A DNA stretch of 64,000 bases from an uncultured Eubacteriales bacterium (GCA_959604355.1 CAUHAO010000001.1:779-64778); one strand, 5' to 3'; positions 1 to 8,259 are shown, numbered from the stretch's first letter. Notes: generated by a model from the sequence alone, not told the origin. Program-made: numbers and translations.

Positions 1-126
1 ACCGTCTAATTGGGGTGTGAAATATGGAACTTTGAGAACTGTCTGTTCGGGTTCAGCCATAGTAGGAATCATTGCAAGGCCGAGGATCATCGCGGTGACG
101 ATGATTGTTGCAAAAATCTTTTTCAT
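1..126 (-). CDS. Secreted protein, N-terminal part only (gene runs off the left window edge)
   Basis: ATG at 126 (minus strand) is preceded by AAGGA. Translation is MKKIFATIIVTAMILGLAMIPTMAEPEQTVLKVPYFTPQLDG, a basic n-region plus hydrophobic core, i.e. a signal peptide. It is absent from the ORF track because the window truncates it. Confidence 0.5.
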   Translation of the reverse strand, partial: MKKIFATIIVTAMILGLAMIPTMAEPEQTVLKVPYFTPQLDG

Positions 127-210
127 ATTGTTGTCCTTTCAAAAATCCGATTATACTGTAATCAGTATAACATAATTATCACAAAAAGTCAACATTGTTT
201 TCCTCAATAT

Positions 211-239
211 AAAAAACATGCAGAGCCTGAACTCTGCAT
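211..239 (-). terminator. Rho-independent terminator downstream of 256..1128
   Basis: Hairpin ATGCAGAG-N6-CTCTGCAT (218-239). On the minus strand it is followed by a U-run (plus-strand AAAAAA 211-216). Confidence 0.6.
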
Positions 240-255
240 ATTCCTGTTATTGTTT

Positions 256-1128
256 TTATTTTTCCTTTTTCTTGAAGAACATAAGGGCACAGCCTGCTGC
301 AACGACTGCGGAAAGGCTTATCACGCTTGACGCGCAGCCGCTCTTGCTCCCGGTCTGAGAAGGCGACTGAGTGGGAGCTTCTGTTGTCTGCTGTTCCGTG
401 CCTGTGAGCCTTATTCTGACGGGCATATCCGCGCCGGAGCCGGGGAATACGGACGAGGACTTAAACGCGACTTCGTTCCAGCCGTCATCTCTGTCGATAT
501 AGGCGAAAAGTACGGCGAATTCTTCGCCTATTTCAGGGTTTGCGGCGTGCGTCGTTCCGTTGGTCATATATTCCCACGGAATTTTGAATTCGATGGTATA
601 TTTTTCGGTATCTCGTGAGGAGTATCCGGTTACTTTTCCCGTCATGTCATCGGAAAATCCGCATTCGTCAGTAGTGTTATGTGTTCTTGCCGCAACAGCG
701 CCGCTGGAATAAGTTCCTACCGAGAACCAATAGTTGATGGCGGAATCCGCGTAGAGGTTAATCTGAACGCAGTCTGCGCCGCTTCCGCTTGTGTCACCCT
801 GAGCGTCCCAGTTGGTCGCAAAGCAGAGAGTCCTGTCGCCGAGTATCTCAACACCGACGTAAAGGTATGCTGAATCCCATGCAAGATTGAATGTGGCGGA
901 CATGTCTGTAGGCATTTCCCCGACCCAGACCGCCGTGCCGCCGAGGGAATCCACAAGGTCTTTGTCAACTGTGAAGCTTGCTGAGTATTCGCCTTCACCT
1001 ATATGGCCGTCGATAGTCACGTTGTCTTCATTTGATACTTCGAGGACTGTTGCTGAGGCAGATGCCGGAATGACGCAGAGAGAGACGACCGTCGCGAGAG
1101 CAAGGATCATAAGAAAAATTCTTTTCAT
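256..1128 (-). CDS. Secreted, C-terminally anchored protein with CBM9-like/DOMON-type beta-sandwich domain
   Basis: 290-aa ORF with GGAGA RBS and signal peptide MKRIFLMILALATVVSLCVIPASASA. The motifs TIDGHIGEGEY and AWDSAYLYVGVEILGD are typical of CBM9-like domains (recognised from memory). A T/S/P/Q linker leads to the C-terminal tail SGCASSVISLSAVVAAGCALMFFKKKEK. Confidence 0.65.
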   Translation of the reverse strand: MKRIFLMILALATVVSLCVIPASASATVLEVSNEDNVTIDGHIGEGEYSASFTVDKDLVDSLGGTAVWVGEMPTDMSATFNLAWDSAYLYVGVEILGDRTLCFATNWDAQGDTSGSGADCVQINLYADSAINYWFSVGTYSSGAVAARTHNTTDECGFSDDMTGKVTGYSSRDTEKYTIEFKIPWEYMTNGTTHAANPEIGEEFAVLFAYIDRDDGWNEVAFKSSSVFPGSGADMPVRIRLTGTEQQTTEAPTQSPSQTGSKSGCASSVISLSAVVAAGCALMFFKKKEK

Positions 1129-1186
1129 TTCAATATCTCCGTTGTTAATACTGTTTAAAATATTTTATCATATAATACGGCTCTTG

Positions 1187-2602
1187 TCAAGGTTCATGCT
1201 TTCTTTTTTTGAGGTAAATAATTGCAGATGCTATTACAGCTGCGGAGATGACTGCTTCTGCCGCAAGAATCAGCCATGTCAGGTCGTAGGGATTCGCTTT
1301 ATCGGAAATATCATCTGTGGGAATTTCCGTATGAGGCTCCGAGGGGGAATCTGTCGGATCTTCGGCAAATACTTCGTTCGGGTCAAAATCTTCTGACCAA
1401 TATTCGGGTGTTTGCCCCTGAACGCCGATTGCGCCGAATTTTGTAAGTCCGAGCAAACGGCAGTTGCTGCTGACGGTGTCGTGAAAATTTACGGAGTATT
1501 CGGTTATTTCAACAATAAGTTCGTCGGCAACGACGGATCGGTTGAGTACATAATATTGATCGAGCTGGAAACTGTAATTGTCAAAAGACGCGGAGTTTGC
1601 GCGATTCCAGTCAAGATAGATATTAACGCTGTCAACATCTTCATTGTCTTTTCTGAATGTCACTTTGAGCGCTGTGGGCTTTGCGATGCTTGTAAAAGTG
1701 TTATATCCCGAATCCCAAGTTCCGACGCCGGGGATTATATCGAAACCCGTTATTTCATATGCTTTTTTGTATTTGACAGTGAATGTTGCAAGGGCTGTTG
1801 TTGAGTTTGGAGTATGCTGGGTCCAGTATTCGTCGCAATAGAACGATTCCGGAGTGGGCATATAGACGAGTTGTTCGTAGAACGCCGACATCGGATCGCG
1901 GCCTTTCGAGGAAGTTGTCGCTTCGACGGATTTAGGCAGCACGAACGGGAGAAATTCCTCGAACGTCAGCGTGTCTATGCCGAAAGCATCATATGAGTCA
2001 GAGAAAAACTCCGTGCCGAGAGGAACATTTTTGTCATTGGTGAAGAATGAAAAGTCAGAGAGAAAAGCCCACGGTTTACCCCACCATGCGGCGTTTTCGA
2101 CGGCAACTTCCAGCATTGTAAGTTTTGCCGAATCAGCTGTGACGGAGTGGTCGAGGACGTAATACATATATGTGTGCGCGCCCGTGTCGGGAATGTCAAG
2201 GGCCTTTTCTTCGACTTTTACGCCTTTGCAGAAGAATTCAACAAGGACTTTGGATATACGCGCACGGTTGTAGTGTTTTCCCGAGCCGACACGTATCGCG
2301 GTTATTTCATAAGTGTTTCCGAAGTCAACGTCGATGGTAGTACCGGGTTTCCAGTTTATCGAGCCATCCGCATCGGGTTCGTTGTCGATCTGGTTTTCAT
2401 ACCAGTCGGATTCAAGACTGTCATCGAAAAGCCTCATCGGGTCATCGACGTCTTCGGCGACAGAGTTCACGACTGCGGAAACGGGAAGAATATGATGCAG
2501 GTTTTCCTTGTCAATCTGCGGTTCTTCGGTTTCGGCGAATGTAAAAACGAATGAGGACGCGAGGAGGGCAAGTGTCAAAGCAAAAATCAGAATTTTCTTC
2601 AT
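1187..2602 (-). CDS. Surface protein with signal peptide, two discoidin (F5/8 type C)/CBM32-like modules and a C-terminal TM anchor; paralogue of 3102..4796
   Basis: 471-aa ORF with AAAGGAGA RBS and signal peptide MKKILIFALTLALLASSFVFTFA. It contains two internally related modules (ILPVSAVVNSVAEDVDDPMRLFDD... and VLPKSVEATTSSKGRDPMSAFYEQ...). The C-terminal hydrophobic helix is followed by KKRKHEP. By eye it is about 55-60% identical to 3102..4796 along its whole length. The domain family call is tentative. Confidence 0.7.
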   Translation of the reverse strand: MKKILIFALTLALLASSFVFTFAETEEPQIDKENLHHILPVSAVVNSVAEDVDDPMRLFDDSLESDWYENQIDNEPDADGSINWKPGTTIDVDFGNTYEITAIRVGSGKHYNRARISKVLVEFFCKGVKVEEKALDIPDTGAHTYMYYVLDHSVTADSAKLTMLEVAVENAAWWGKPWAFLSDFSFFTNDKNVPLGTEFFSDSYDAFGIDTLTFEEFLPFVLPKSVEATTSSKGRDPMSAFYEQLVYMPTPESFYCDEYWTQHTPNSTTALATFTVKYKKAYEITGFDIIPGVGTWDSGYNTFTSIAKPTALKVTFRKDNEDVDSVNIYLDWNRANSASFDNYSFQLDQYYVLNRSVVADELIVEITEYSVNFHDTVSSNCRLLGLTKFGAIGVQGQTPEYWSEDFDPNEVFAEDPTDSPSEPHTEIPTDDISDKANPYDLTWLILAAEAVISAAVIASAIIYLKKRKHEP

Positions 2603-2855
2603 TGATCTGTTCTCCTTTTCAGAACTCCGACAGGTTAATGCCGGTCGGATTCGATGTTGTTGTCAAAGATAAACGTGAATCCCCGAGATCTTCGGTTATG
2701 CAATTGTCAACGACCGCAGACAAGGGAGCAAAGTGATAAAATTTTTCAAAATCGACGTCTTAATCACCGATTATACTGATATCGGCGGGAACAGCGACGG
2801 AGAATAAAAATAGCATAATCACAAGTGGTGCAATACAGACGATGATTCTTTTCAT
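2603..2855 (-). pseudogene. Decayed N-terminal remnant of a third paralogue of the 1187/3102 surface-protein family
   Basis: The minus-strand reading from ATG 2855 is MKRIIVCIAPLVIMLFLFSVAVPADISIIGD-TAA(2762..2760)-DVDFEKFYHFAPLSAVVDNCITEDLGD. Homology then continues only after a frameshift (FIFDNNIESD versus RIFDNNIETAW in 3102..4796). The remnant is cut off directly at the RBS of 1187..2602. Confidence 0.75.
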
Positions 2856-3101
2856 GGAAAATTTTCTTGTTTTTATAAAGCCGGGTATTATATAGGACTG
2901 CAGGTGTTTTTATGAAAAGAGCGGCTGAAAAAGTACAAATGGACTGTTATGCCGGAAAAGTTTGTTTATTAATTAATTATATCATATGAGATACTTATTG
3001 TCAAGCAATTTCCCGCCCGAATACATGTTTGAATATGTCGCAAAAAAAGAGTCCCGGCGGATAGTTACCGCCGGGACATTCTTTTATGGATTATTCGTAA
3101 A

Positions 3102-4796
3102 TCAGTCTTCTTTTTTCTTGAGAAGAACTACTGCCATAGCAACAAGAGCGATAGCTGCGCTGCTGATGACTGCGGATTTGCATCCGCTCGCCGGTTTGGG
3201 CTCGTCTGTAGGCTTCTGTGTGGGAGCGTCCGTAGGCTCAGCCGTAGGAGCGGTTGAGGGCTCTTCGGTAGGCTCAGCAGTGGGTTCCGCGGTGGGTTCT
3301 GCTGTCGGCTCGGTCGAGGGATCTTCAGTAGGCTCGGTCGAGGAATCTTCTGTAGGTTCGGTCGAGGGATCTTCTGTAGGCTTCTGCGTGGGCTCTTCAG
3401 TAGGCTTCTGTGTGGGAGTCTCAGTAGGCTTCTCTGTAGGCTTCTGCGTGGGCTTCTCTGTGGGCTTCTCTGTGGGCTTCTCTGTAGGCTTCTGCGTGGG
3501 CTCCTCTGTAGGCTCCTGTGTGGGCTCTTCTGTGGGCTGTTCGGAAGGAGTTTCTCCGGACTGCCATTCAGCGGTCCAATACTCGGGAACATCGCCGTAG
3601 TTACCTACAGCAGCGAACTTGGTAAGACCGAGAATGTTCGTGCCGTCGTCAAGGTCGTCGTGGAGGTTTTCGGAAGAACCGAGGATCTCTACATAGAGTT
3701 CGTCGGCGGTCACAGTTCTGTTAAGAACAAAGTACTGAGACAGCTGGAAGCTTAACATATCATAAGCCGCGGAGTTCATACGGTCCCAGTCGAGATAGAT
3801 AACGGTGGAATCTACGGTCTTTCCGCCGTTCTTGAAGGTCACTTTAACGCCTGTGGGTTTTGCGCACTGATCGCTGCAGTATTCATAGCCCATATCCCAG
3901 GTAGCAACGCCGGGGATGATATCGAAGCCGCGGATCTCATAAGCTTTGTCATATTTGACGGTAAACTTGGCGAGGTCTTTCGCGCTGTCGGGTATAGGCT
4001 GAGTCCAAAATTCGTTGTTATACATGGATTCTTCGGAGGGCATGAATATGAGGCTCTTATAGAAAGCGTCCATCGGATCCTCACCCTTGGAAGAATTGGT
4101 TGCTGTCACGGACTTCGGAAGAACATAAGGCATGTATTCGGTGAAGGATGAGAGGTCTACGCCGTATGCGAAATAGGAGTCGGAATAGAACTCTGTTTCA
4201 AGAGGAACATTCTTGTCAGAGGTGTAGAAGGAGACGTCTGCAAGGTATCCCCAGGCTTCGCCCCACCACAGACAGCCCCATTTTTCAGCATAGGTCATCT
4301 GTACGGTGACTTTGTCAGCGGTTACGGCTTTATCGAACTTAAAATACTGAGCAAGATGAGCCTCTTCCTCAAAAGATATTTCGGTGGAATCAACGACAGA
4401 ACCGCCGTTGAAGAATGTAAGTTTTACTCCGGTTATACGGACTTTATTGGAGTAGTCGCCGGTGCAGCAGCGTACGCCGGTGATGGGATATGCTTTGTCG
4501 AATTTTGCGGTAATCTTGGTACCGGGTTCCCATGCCTGGTCTTCACCGGGTGCAAGGTTGGATTTGCGCTGGTTTTCGTACCATGCGGTCTCGATATTAT
4601 TATCGAAAATACGCATCGGGTCATCGACGTCTTTTGCTATGCAACTGTCGATGGTCGCGGAAACGGGTGTGATGTGATAAAACTTGTCAAAGTCAACGTC
4701 TTCAGCGGCTCTTACTTTTATGGCTGCGGAAGCGGAGACGGAGAACAGAGAAACCATCATCACGAGCGCTATCGCGCATGCAATAATCTTTTTCAT
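3102..4796 (-). CDS. Surface protein with signal peptide, two discoidin/CBM32-like modules, a 118-aa Pro/Thr/Glu-rich linker and a C-terminal SGC-TM-KKKED tail
   Basis: The track ORF is 3102..4925. I place the start at ATG 4796 (MKKIIACAIALVMMVSLFSVSASA), which has an AAGGAGA RBS and a signal-peptide start. The upstream 43 codons have no RBS and no homology to the paralogue. Confidence 0.75.
   Translation of the reverse strand: MKKIIACAIALVMMVSLFSVSASAAIKVRAAEDVDFDKFYHITPVSATIDSCIAKDVDDPMRIFDNNIETAWYENQRKSNLAPGEDQAWEPGTKITAKFDKAYPITGVRCCTGDYSNKVRITGVKLTFFNGGSVVDSTEISFEEEAHLAQYFKFDKAVTADKVTVQMTYAEKWGCLWWGEAWGYLADVSFYTSDKNVPLETEFYSDSYFAYGVDLSSFTEYMPYVLPKSVTATNSSKGEDPMDAFYKSLIFMPSEESMYNNEFWTQPIPDSAKDLAKFTVKYDKAYEIRGFDIIPGVATWDMGYEYCSDQCAKPTGVKVTFKNGGKTVDSTVIYLDWDRMNSAAYDMLSFQLSQYFVLNRTVTADELYVEILGSSENLHDDLDDGTNILGLTKFAAVGNYGDVPEYWTAEWQSGETPSEQPTEEPTQEPTEEPTQKPTEKPTEKPTEKPTQKPTEKPTETPTQKPTEEPTQKPTEDPSTEPTEDSSTEPTEDPSTEPTAEPTAEPTAEPTEEPSTAPTAEPTDAPTQKPTDEPKPASGCKSAVISSAAIALVAMAVVLLKKKED
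3198..3551 (-). repeat. In-frame 12-nt-period tandem repeat encoding about 29 tetrapeptide units (PTEK/PTQK/PTEE/PTED/PSTE/PTAE...)
   Basis: The repetition is directly visible, e.g. gtaggcttctc/gtgggcttctc iterated on the plus strand. The translation on the coding strand is PTEEPTQEPTEEPTQKPTEKPTEKPTEKPTQKPTEKPTETPTQK...PTAEPTAEPTAEPTEEPSTAPTAEPTDAPTQKPTDEP. Confidence 0.9.
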
Positions 4797-4993
4797 AGTG
4801 ATATTCTCCTTGATAATGATAAAATTAGGATCACTTGGTACTGATATTATATCATGAACAGCGCAAATTGTCAAGTATGTTTTTAATATAAGGAAAATTT
4901 TCATTGAAAATGTATATAATAACACATCTGCTTGACAGAACCGTTCCGGAGTGGTATACTTTACGTTATACAGAAAGAAAAGAGGCTCGTTTA

Positions 4994-5926
4994 ATGATAT
5001 ACACAGTCACGCTCAATCCATCGCTGGATTATTATATGGAACTGCCGAGGCTCAAAAGAGGCATGGTCAACAGGTCGGAGGGCGAAAAGATTCGTGTAGG
5101 AGGCAAAGGAATAAACGTTTCTGCCGTTATTGCCGAACTCGGAGGCGAAAGCACGGCGCTGGGATTCGTCGCGGGCTTCACGGGCGAGGAAATAATAAAA
5201 AGGCTTGCCGCTTGCGGAATAAAAAATGACTTTATCCGCCTGTATGAGGGCGAAAGCCGGATAAATGTGAAGATTATTTCCGATAAGGATACCGAGATAA
5301 ACTGCTGCGGACCGGAAGTCTGCGCAGATGACGAAAAAATTCTGCTTGATATGCTGTGCGGGGTGAGATCGGGTGACACCGTTGTTTTTTCAGGCAGCGT
5401 TGCCCGCGGAATGAGTAAAACGTTTTATGCCGACGCGATGAAGACGCTTCCCGACGGGGTGAATACCGTCGTTGATACTTCGGGTGATGTGCTCGATGCT
5501 TGTCTGAGGTCTTCTCCTCTTCTTATCAAACCCAACAGATACGAGTTGGGAGAGCTTTTCGGCGTGAATATCGAAACGAAGGCGGACGCGCTTGAATATG
5601 CCACGAAATTGAGGCAAAAAGGTGCGAGAAACGTGCTTGTTACCATGGATGGGGACGGGGCTGTTCTTGTCGCAGAAAACGGTGCCGCTTTCAGCGCTTG
5701 TGCGCCGTCGGGAACGTTTGTGAGCGCGGTCGGAGCGGGAGACAGCACCGTAGCTGGATTTCTGGTGGAATATTTCCGCTCCGCAGACGCCGCAAAAGCC
5801 TTCCGTCTTGCGGTCGCATGCGGCACGGCGACGGCGTACAGCAACGGACTTGCGGGAAAAAAGGATATAGAGAGCGTCTTTGCTCGGGTCGCCGTGCGGA
5901 ATGAAGACATCAGCCGCGTTTTATGA
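4994..5926 (+). CDS. PfkB-family sugar-phosphate kinase (1-phosphofructokinase / tagatose-6-P kinase subfamily)
   Basis: N-terminus MIYTVTLNPSLDY, plus GGKGINVS and the C-terminal GAGDSTVAGF ATP/anion-hole motif. The start is moved from 4904 to ATG 4994, which has an AGAAAAGAGG RBS and the family-typical N-terminus. Confidence 0.8.
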   Translation: MIYTVTLNPSLDYYMELPRLKRGMVNRSEGEKIRVGGKGINVSAVIAELGGESTALGFVAGFTGEEIIKRLAACGIKNDFIRLYEGESRINVKIISDKDTEINCCGPEVCADDEKILLDMLCGVRSGDTVVFSGSVARGMSKTFYADAMKTLPDGVNTVVDTSGDVLDACLRSSPLLIKPNRYELGELFGVNIETKADALEYATKLRQKGARNVLVTMDGDGAVLVAENGAAFSACAPSGTFVSAVGAGDSTVAGFLVEYFRSADAAKAFRLAVACGTATAYSNGLAGKKDIESVFARVAVRNEDISRVL

Positions 5927-6140
5927 TTGCGACTTCCACAGATTTAAGGTCGTGCTTCTGAAGCGTAAGCTCATAGCCTCGCAGCCGTATCTGCACAGGG
6001 TCACCGAGCGGTGCTGTCTTTATGATTTTTACGGATGTTCGCGGGGTCAAGCCCATGTCGAGCAGCCGCAGACGTAATTCGCCGTCTTTTACTGTCGTTA
6101 TTATTGCTTCTGAGCCCACGGAAAGTCTGTCGAGAGTCAT
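5910..6140 (-). CDS. feoA: FeoA-family small protein (SH3-like)
   Basis: The 76-aa sequence MTLDRLSVGSEAIITTVKDGELRLRLLDMGLTPRTSVKIIKTAPLGDPVQIRLRGYELTLQKHDLKSVEV matches the FeoA pattern (rL.dmGl.pG..v.v......gdP..i.l.g..l.L). A GAGG RBS precedes it. No feoB lies in the window. Confidence 0.8.
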   Translation of the reverse strand: MTLDRLSVGSEAIITTVKDGELRLRLLDMGLTPRTSVKIIKTAPLGDPVQIRLRGYELTLQKHDLKSVEVAIIKRG

Positions 6141-6185
6141 ATTCGGACCTCACGTTTTTTTACTATGTTTATGTGTAAAACCAGT

Positions 6186-6223
6186 AAAAATTACTCCCGA
6201 TATGCAAAATAACATATCGGGAG
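6186..6223 (-). terminator. Rho-independent terminator after yfbR-like gene
   Basis: 11-bp perfect stem CTCCCGATATG-N8-CATATCGGGAG (6194-6223). On the minus strand it is followed by a U-rich tract (plus-strand AAAAA 6186-6190). Confidence 0.65.
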
Positions 6224-6249
6224 ATATTTACATATAATATAAATACTGT

Positions 6250-6825
6250 TCAGGACTGTTCGTCCACGGTTTCTGAGAAAGCAGGGAGAAATTCATCCAT
6301 AAAGTATTTCAGCGCGGGTAAATCGTTTTTTTCAAGTTTTTTGTATATGCTTTTCTTCGCGACGGAAAACTCTTTGTTCCCTGCGTTCATCTCTTCTATG
6401 CATTTAATATATGCACTGAGCACATCTGCAGCCTTGACATACCGCCATTCTTCGGGAAATGTGCTTTCGGCGTACAGAAGTTCTCTGTATCCGGGGCGCA
6501 TTTCCTCGGGTAAACGGTCGAGCAGGATCCTTTTGGCGTTGTCCTCCATCTTCGCATAACTTTCTTCGATATATGTGTTATGCTTTATCGGGGTCGGAAG
6601 ATCTCCGGTGACTATTTCGGACGCATCGTGATAAAGTGCGATAACGGCGCATTTATCTGCGTCTATATGCTCACCGAACCTTTCGTTTGCTATAATCGCA
6701 AGAGCATGGGCAAGAACCGCTGTCTGATGGGAATGTTCGCAGATGTTTTCTTTGCGTACATTGCGCATAAGCACCCAGCGGTCGATGTATTTCATTCTTG
6801 ACAGTACTGCAAAAAATTTGAACAT
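6250..6825 (-). CDS. yfbR: HD-domain 5'-deoxynucleotidase (YfbR family)
   Basis: MFKFFAVLSRMKYIDRWVLMRNVRKENICEHSHQTAVLAHALA...ALYHDASEIVTGDLPTPIKH carries the H..HD..D metal ligands and the YfbR-type N-terminus. I chose ATG 6825 rather than 6891, because 6891 would overlap the prs stop at 6851. Confidence 0.8.
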   Translation of the reverse strand: MFKFFAVLSRMKYIDRWVLMRNVRKENICEHSHQTAVLAHALAIIANERFGEHIDADKCAVIALYHDASEIVTGDLPTPIKHNTYIEESYAKMEDNAKRILLDRLPEEMRPGYRELLYAESTFPEEWRYVKAADVLSAYIKCIEEMNAGNKEFSVAKKSIYKKLEKNDLPALKYFMDEFLPAFSETVDEQS

Positions 6826-6850
6826 AGTATCGTTGTTATGACAGGTATGA

Positions 6851-8026
6851 TTACTGCTGCTGTTTTGCTTTGTATTCCATAAGAAGCGCATTTATCTTCT
6901 TCGCGGGCTCGAGCAGTTTTGTAACAGACTGGTTCTTATGCATCGCAAGGATGAAGTATGCGATGTATTTGGAGACGTCGGCGCCGATATACCACGGCTG
7001 GGCGAGCATTTCGGGGCTCTGATAGGTGAGATTTGTGGAAATGACGTAATCGAACACGCCGTTCTTATATGCTTCCTTGAATTTGTCAAGTCCTTCGGTG
7101 AAGAGCGCATATGTTGCGGTGAGGAATATACGACGAGCGCCATCCTTCTTGAGGTCATACGCAAGGCTGAGCATGGATTCGCCCGAGGCGATTATGTCAT
7201 CCGCTACGAGTATGTCCTTGCCTTTGACGGAAGAACCGAGGTATTCGTGAGCGATTATCGGGTTTCTGCCGTTGACGATGGTGGAATAGTCTCGTCTTTT
7301 GTAGAACATACCGAGGTCAAGGCTCATGACGGAGGAGTAGTAAATGTTTCTGTTCATTGCGCCTTCGTCGGGGCTGACGACCATGAGGTGATCTTTATCT
7401 ATTGTAATATCGGGGACTCTGTGGAACAGCGCCTTGAGTATCTGGTATGTCGGCATCGCGTTGTCGAAGCCCATCAAAGGTGTGGCGTTCTGAACGCGGG
7501 GGTCATGCGCGTCGAAAGTGATGACGTTGGCAACTCCCATGTTCTGCAGTTCCTGCAGGCTCTGTGCCGCGTCAAGACTCTCTCGGGAGCTTCTCTTGTG
7601 CTGACGGCCGCCGTAGAGTATAGGCATTATAACCGTTATTCTCTGTGCTTTGCCTCCGATAGCTCCGATTATACGCTTCAGATCCTGAAAATGGTCATCG
7701 GGGGACATCGGTACCTGCTGACCGAACATGGAATATTTGCAGTTATAGTTGCCGACATCGGTGATGATATACATATCGTATCCGCGTACGGTCTCGCCGA
7801 TGAGACCTTTGCCGTCGCCGGTATAGAAACGCGGGCAGGAAGCCTTTATTATTAAGGACTCTCTGTCTTCTTTGTTGTCGATTATGCCGGGATTGTTCTC
7901 ATAATAGTATTTCATCAGATGTCCGTCGATCATTTTACCGAGATCACGGGCGCTTTCCATGGGGATTATACCGATGGGAAAGAAATCCGTCTGGAAGTTA
8001 AGCATTGATATAGGCTGTCCGTCCAT
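6851..8026 (-). CDS. prs: Ribose-phosphate pyrophosphokinase family protein (long form)
   Basis: 391 aa with the PRTase/PRPP-binding loop ILVADDIIASGESM and the Prs-type blocks ITVIMPILYGGRQHKR and FDAHDPRVQN. A GGGAGG RBS lies 6 nt upstream. It is longer than the classical 315-aa Prs, so the exact class is uncertain. Confidence 0.7.
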   Translation of the reverse strand: MDGQPISMLNFQTDFFPIGIIPMESARDLGKMIDGHLMKYYYENNPGIIDNKEDRESLIIKASCPRFYTGDGKGLIGETVRGYDMYIITDVGNYNCKYSMFGQQVPMSPDDHFQDLKRIIGAIGGKAQRITVIMPILYGGRQHKRSSRESLDAAQSLQELQNMGVANVITFDAHDPRVQNATPLMGFDNAMPTYQILKALFHRVPDITIDKDHLMVVSPDEGAMNRNIYYSSVMSLDLGMFYKRRDYSTIVNGRNPIIAHEYLGSSVKGKDILVADDIIASGESMLSLAYDLKKDGARRIFLTATYALFTEGLDKFKEAYKNGVFDYVISTNLTYQSPEMLAQPWYIGADVSKYIAYFILAMHKNQSVTKLLEPAKKINALLMEYKAKQQQ

Positions 8027-8205
8027 AATGGGCCTCCCGAAAACTTATATATTGTATTTATTTCAACGTTATTTTTATTATAATATAATTTCTCAAAAAA
8101 ATCAAGCCCCGTGTATATAAGTTCAAAAAGAGTTTTTTCTTGTCGATATATGTCAAATCGAAATTCGCCTAAACGCCCCAAAACCGTACGTCGGAGTTCA
8201 ATGTT

Positions 8206-8235
8206 TTGACACATAAATATCGTAATATTTATATA
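8206..8235 (+). promoter_or_regulatory. Putative sigma-A promoter of the VTC/DUF4956 pair
   Basis: TTGACA (8206-8211), a 17-18 nt spacer and TTATAT/TATATA (8229-8235), about 25 nt upstream of the AAAGGAGA RBS. Confidence 0.45.
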
Positions 8236-8259
8236 GAACCTTCTGAAAGGAGACATTAG

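Noticed and set aside
10-330. 106-aa plus-strand ORF at the left edge
   Set aside because: It spans the antisense of two minus-strand genes (1..126 and the 3' end of 256..1128) and the terminator between them. It has no RBS.
3198-3551. Possible CRISPR array or non-coding satellite
   Set aside because: The period is 12 nt with no unique spacers. The array is in frame within a long ORF and encodes a coherent Pro/Thr-rich linker.
2986-3600. 204-aa plus-strand ORF with GSSVGS/GFCVG repeats, and the 154-aa minus-strand ORF 3128..3592 with SPQRSP repeats
   Set aside because: Both are alternative-frame or antisense readings of the 12-nt PT-linker repeat of gene 3102..4796. Only the PTEK frame is continuous with a signal peptide, folded domains and a membrane anchor.
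4797-4925. N-terminal extensions suggested by the ORF track (3102..4925, 4904.., 6250..6891, 17217.., 22517.., 26933.., 30511.., 37623.., 56293..57525, 57380..59224, 59758..)
   Set aside because: In each case an internal ATG has a proper Shine-Dalgarno sequence at 5-10 nt and reproduces the family-typical N-terminus. The longer version lacks an RBS and/or overlaps the upstream gene or a terminator.
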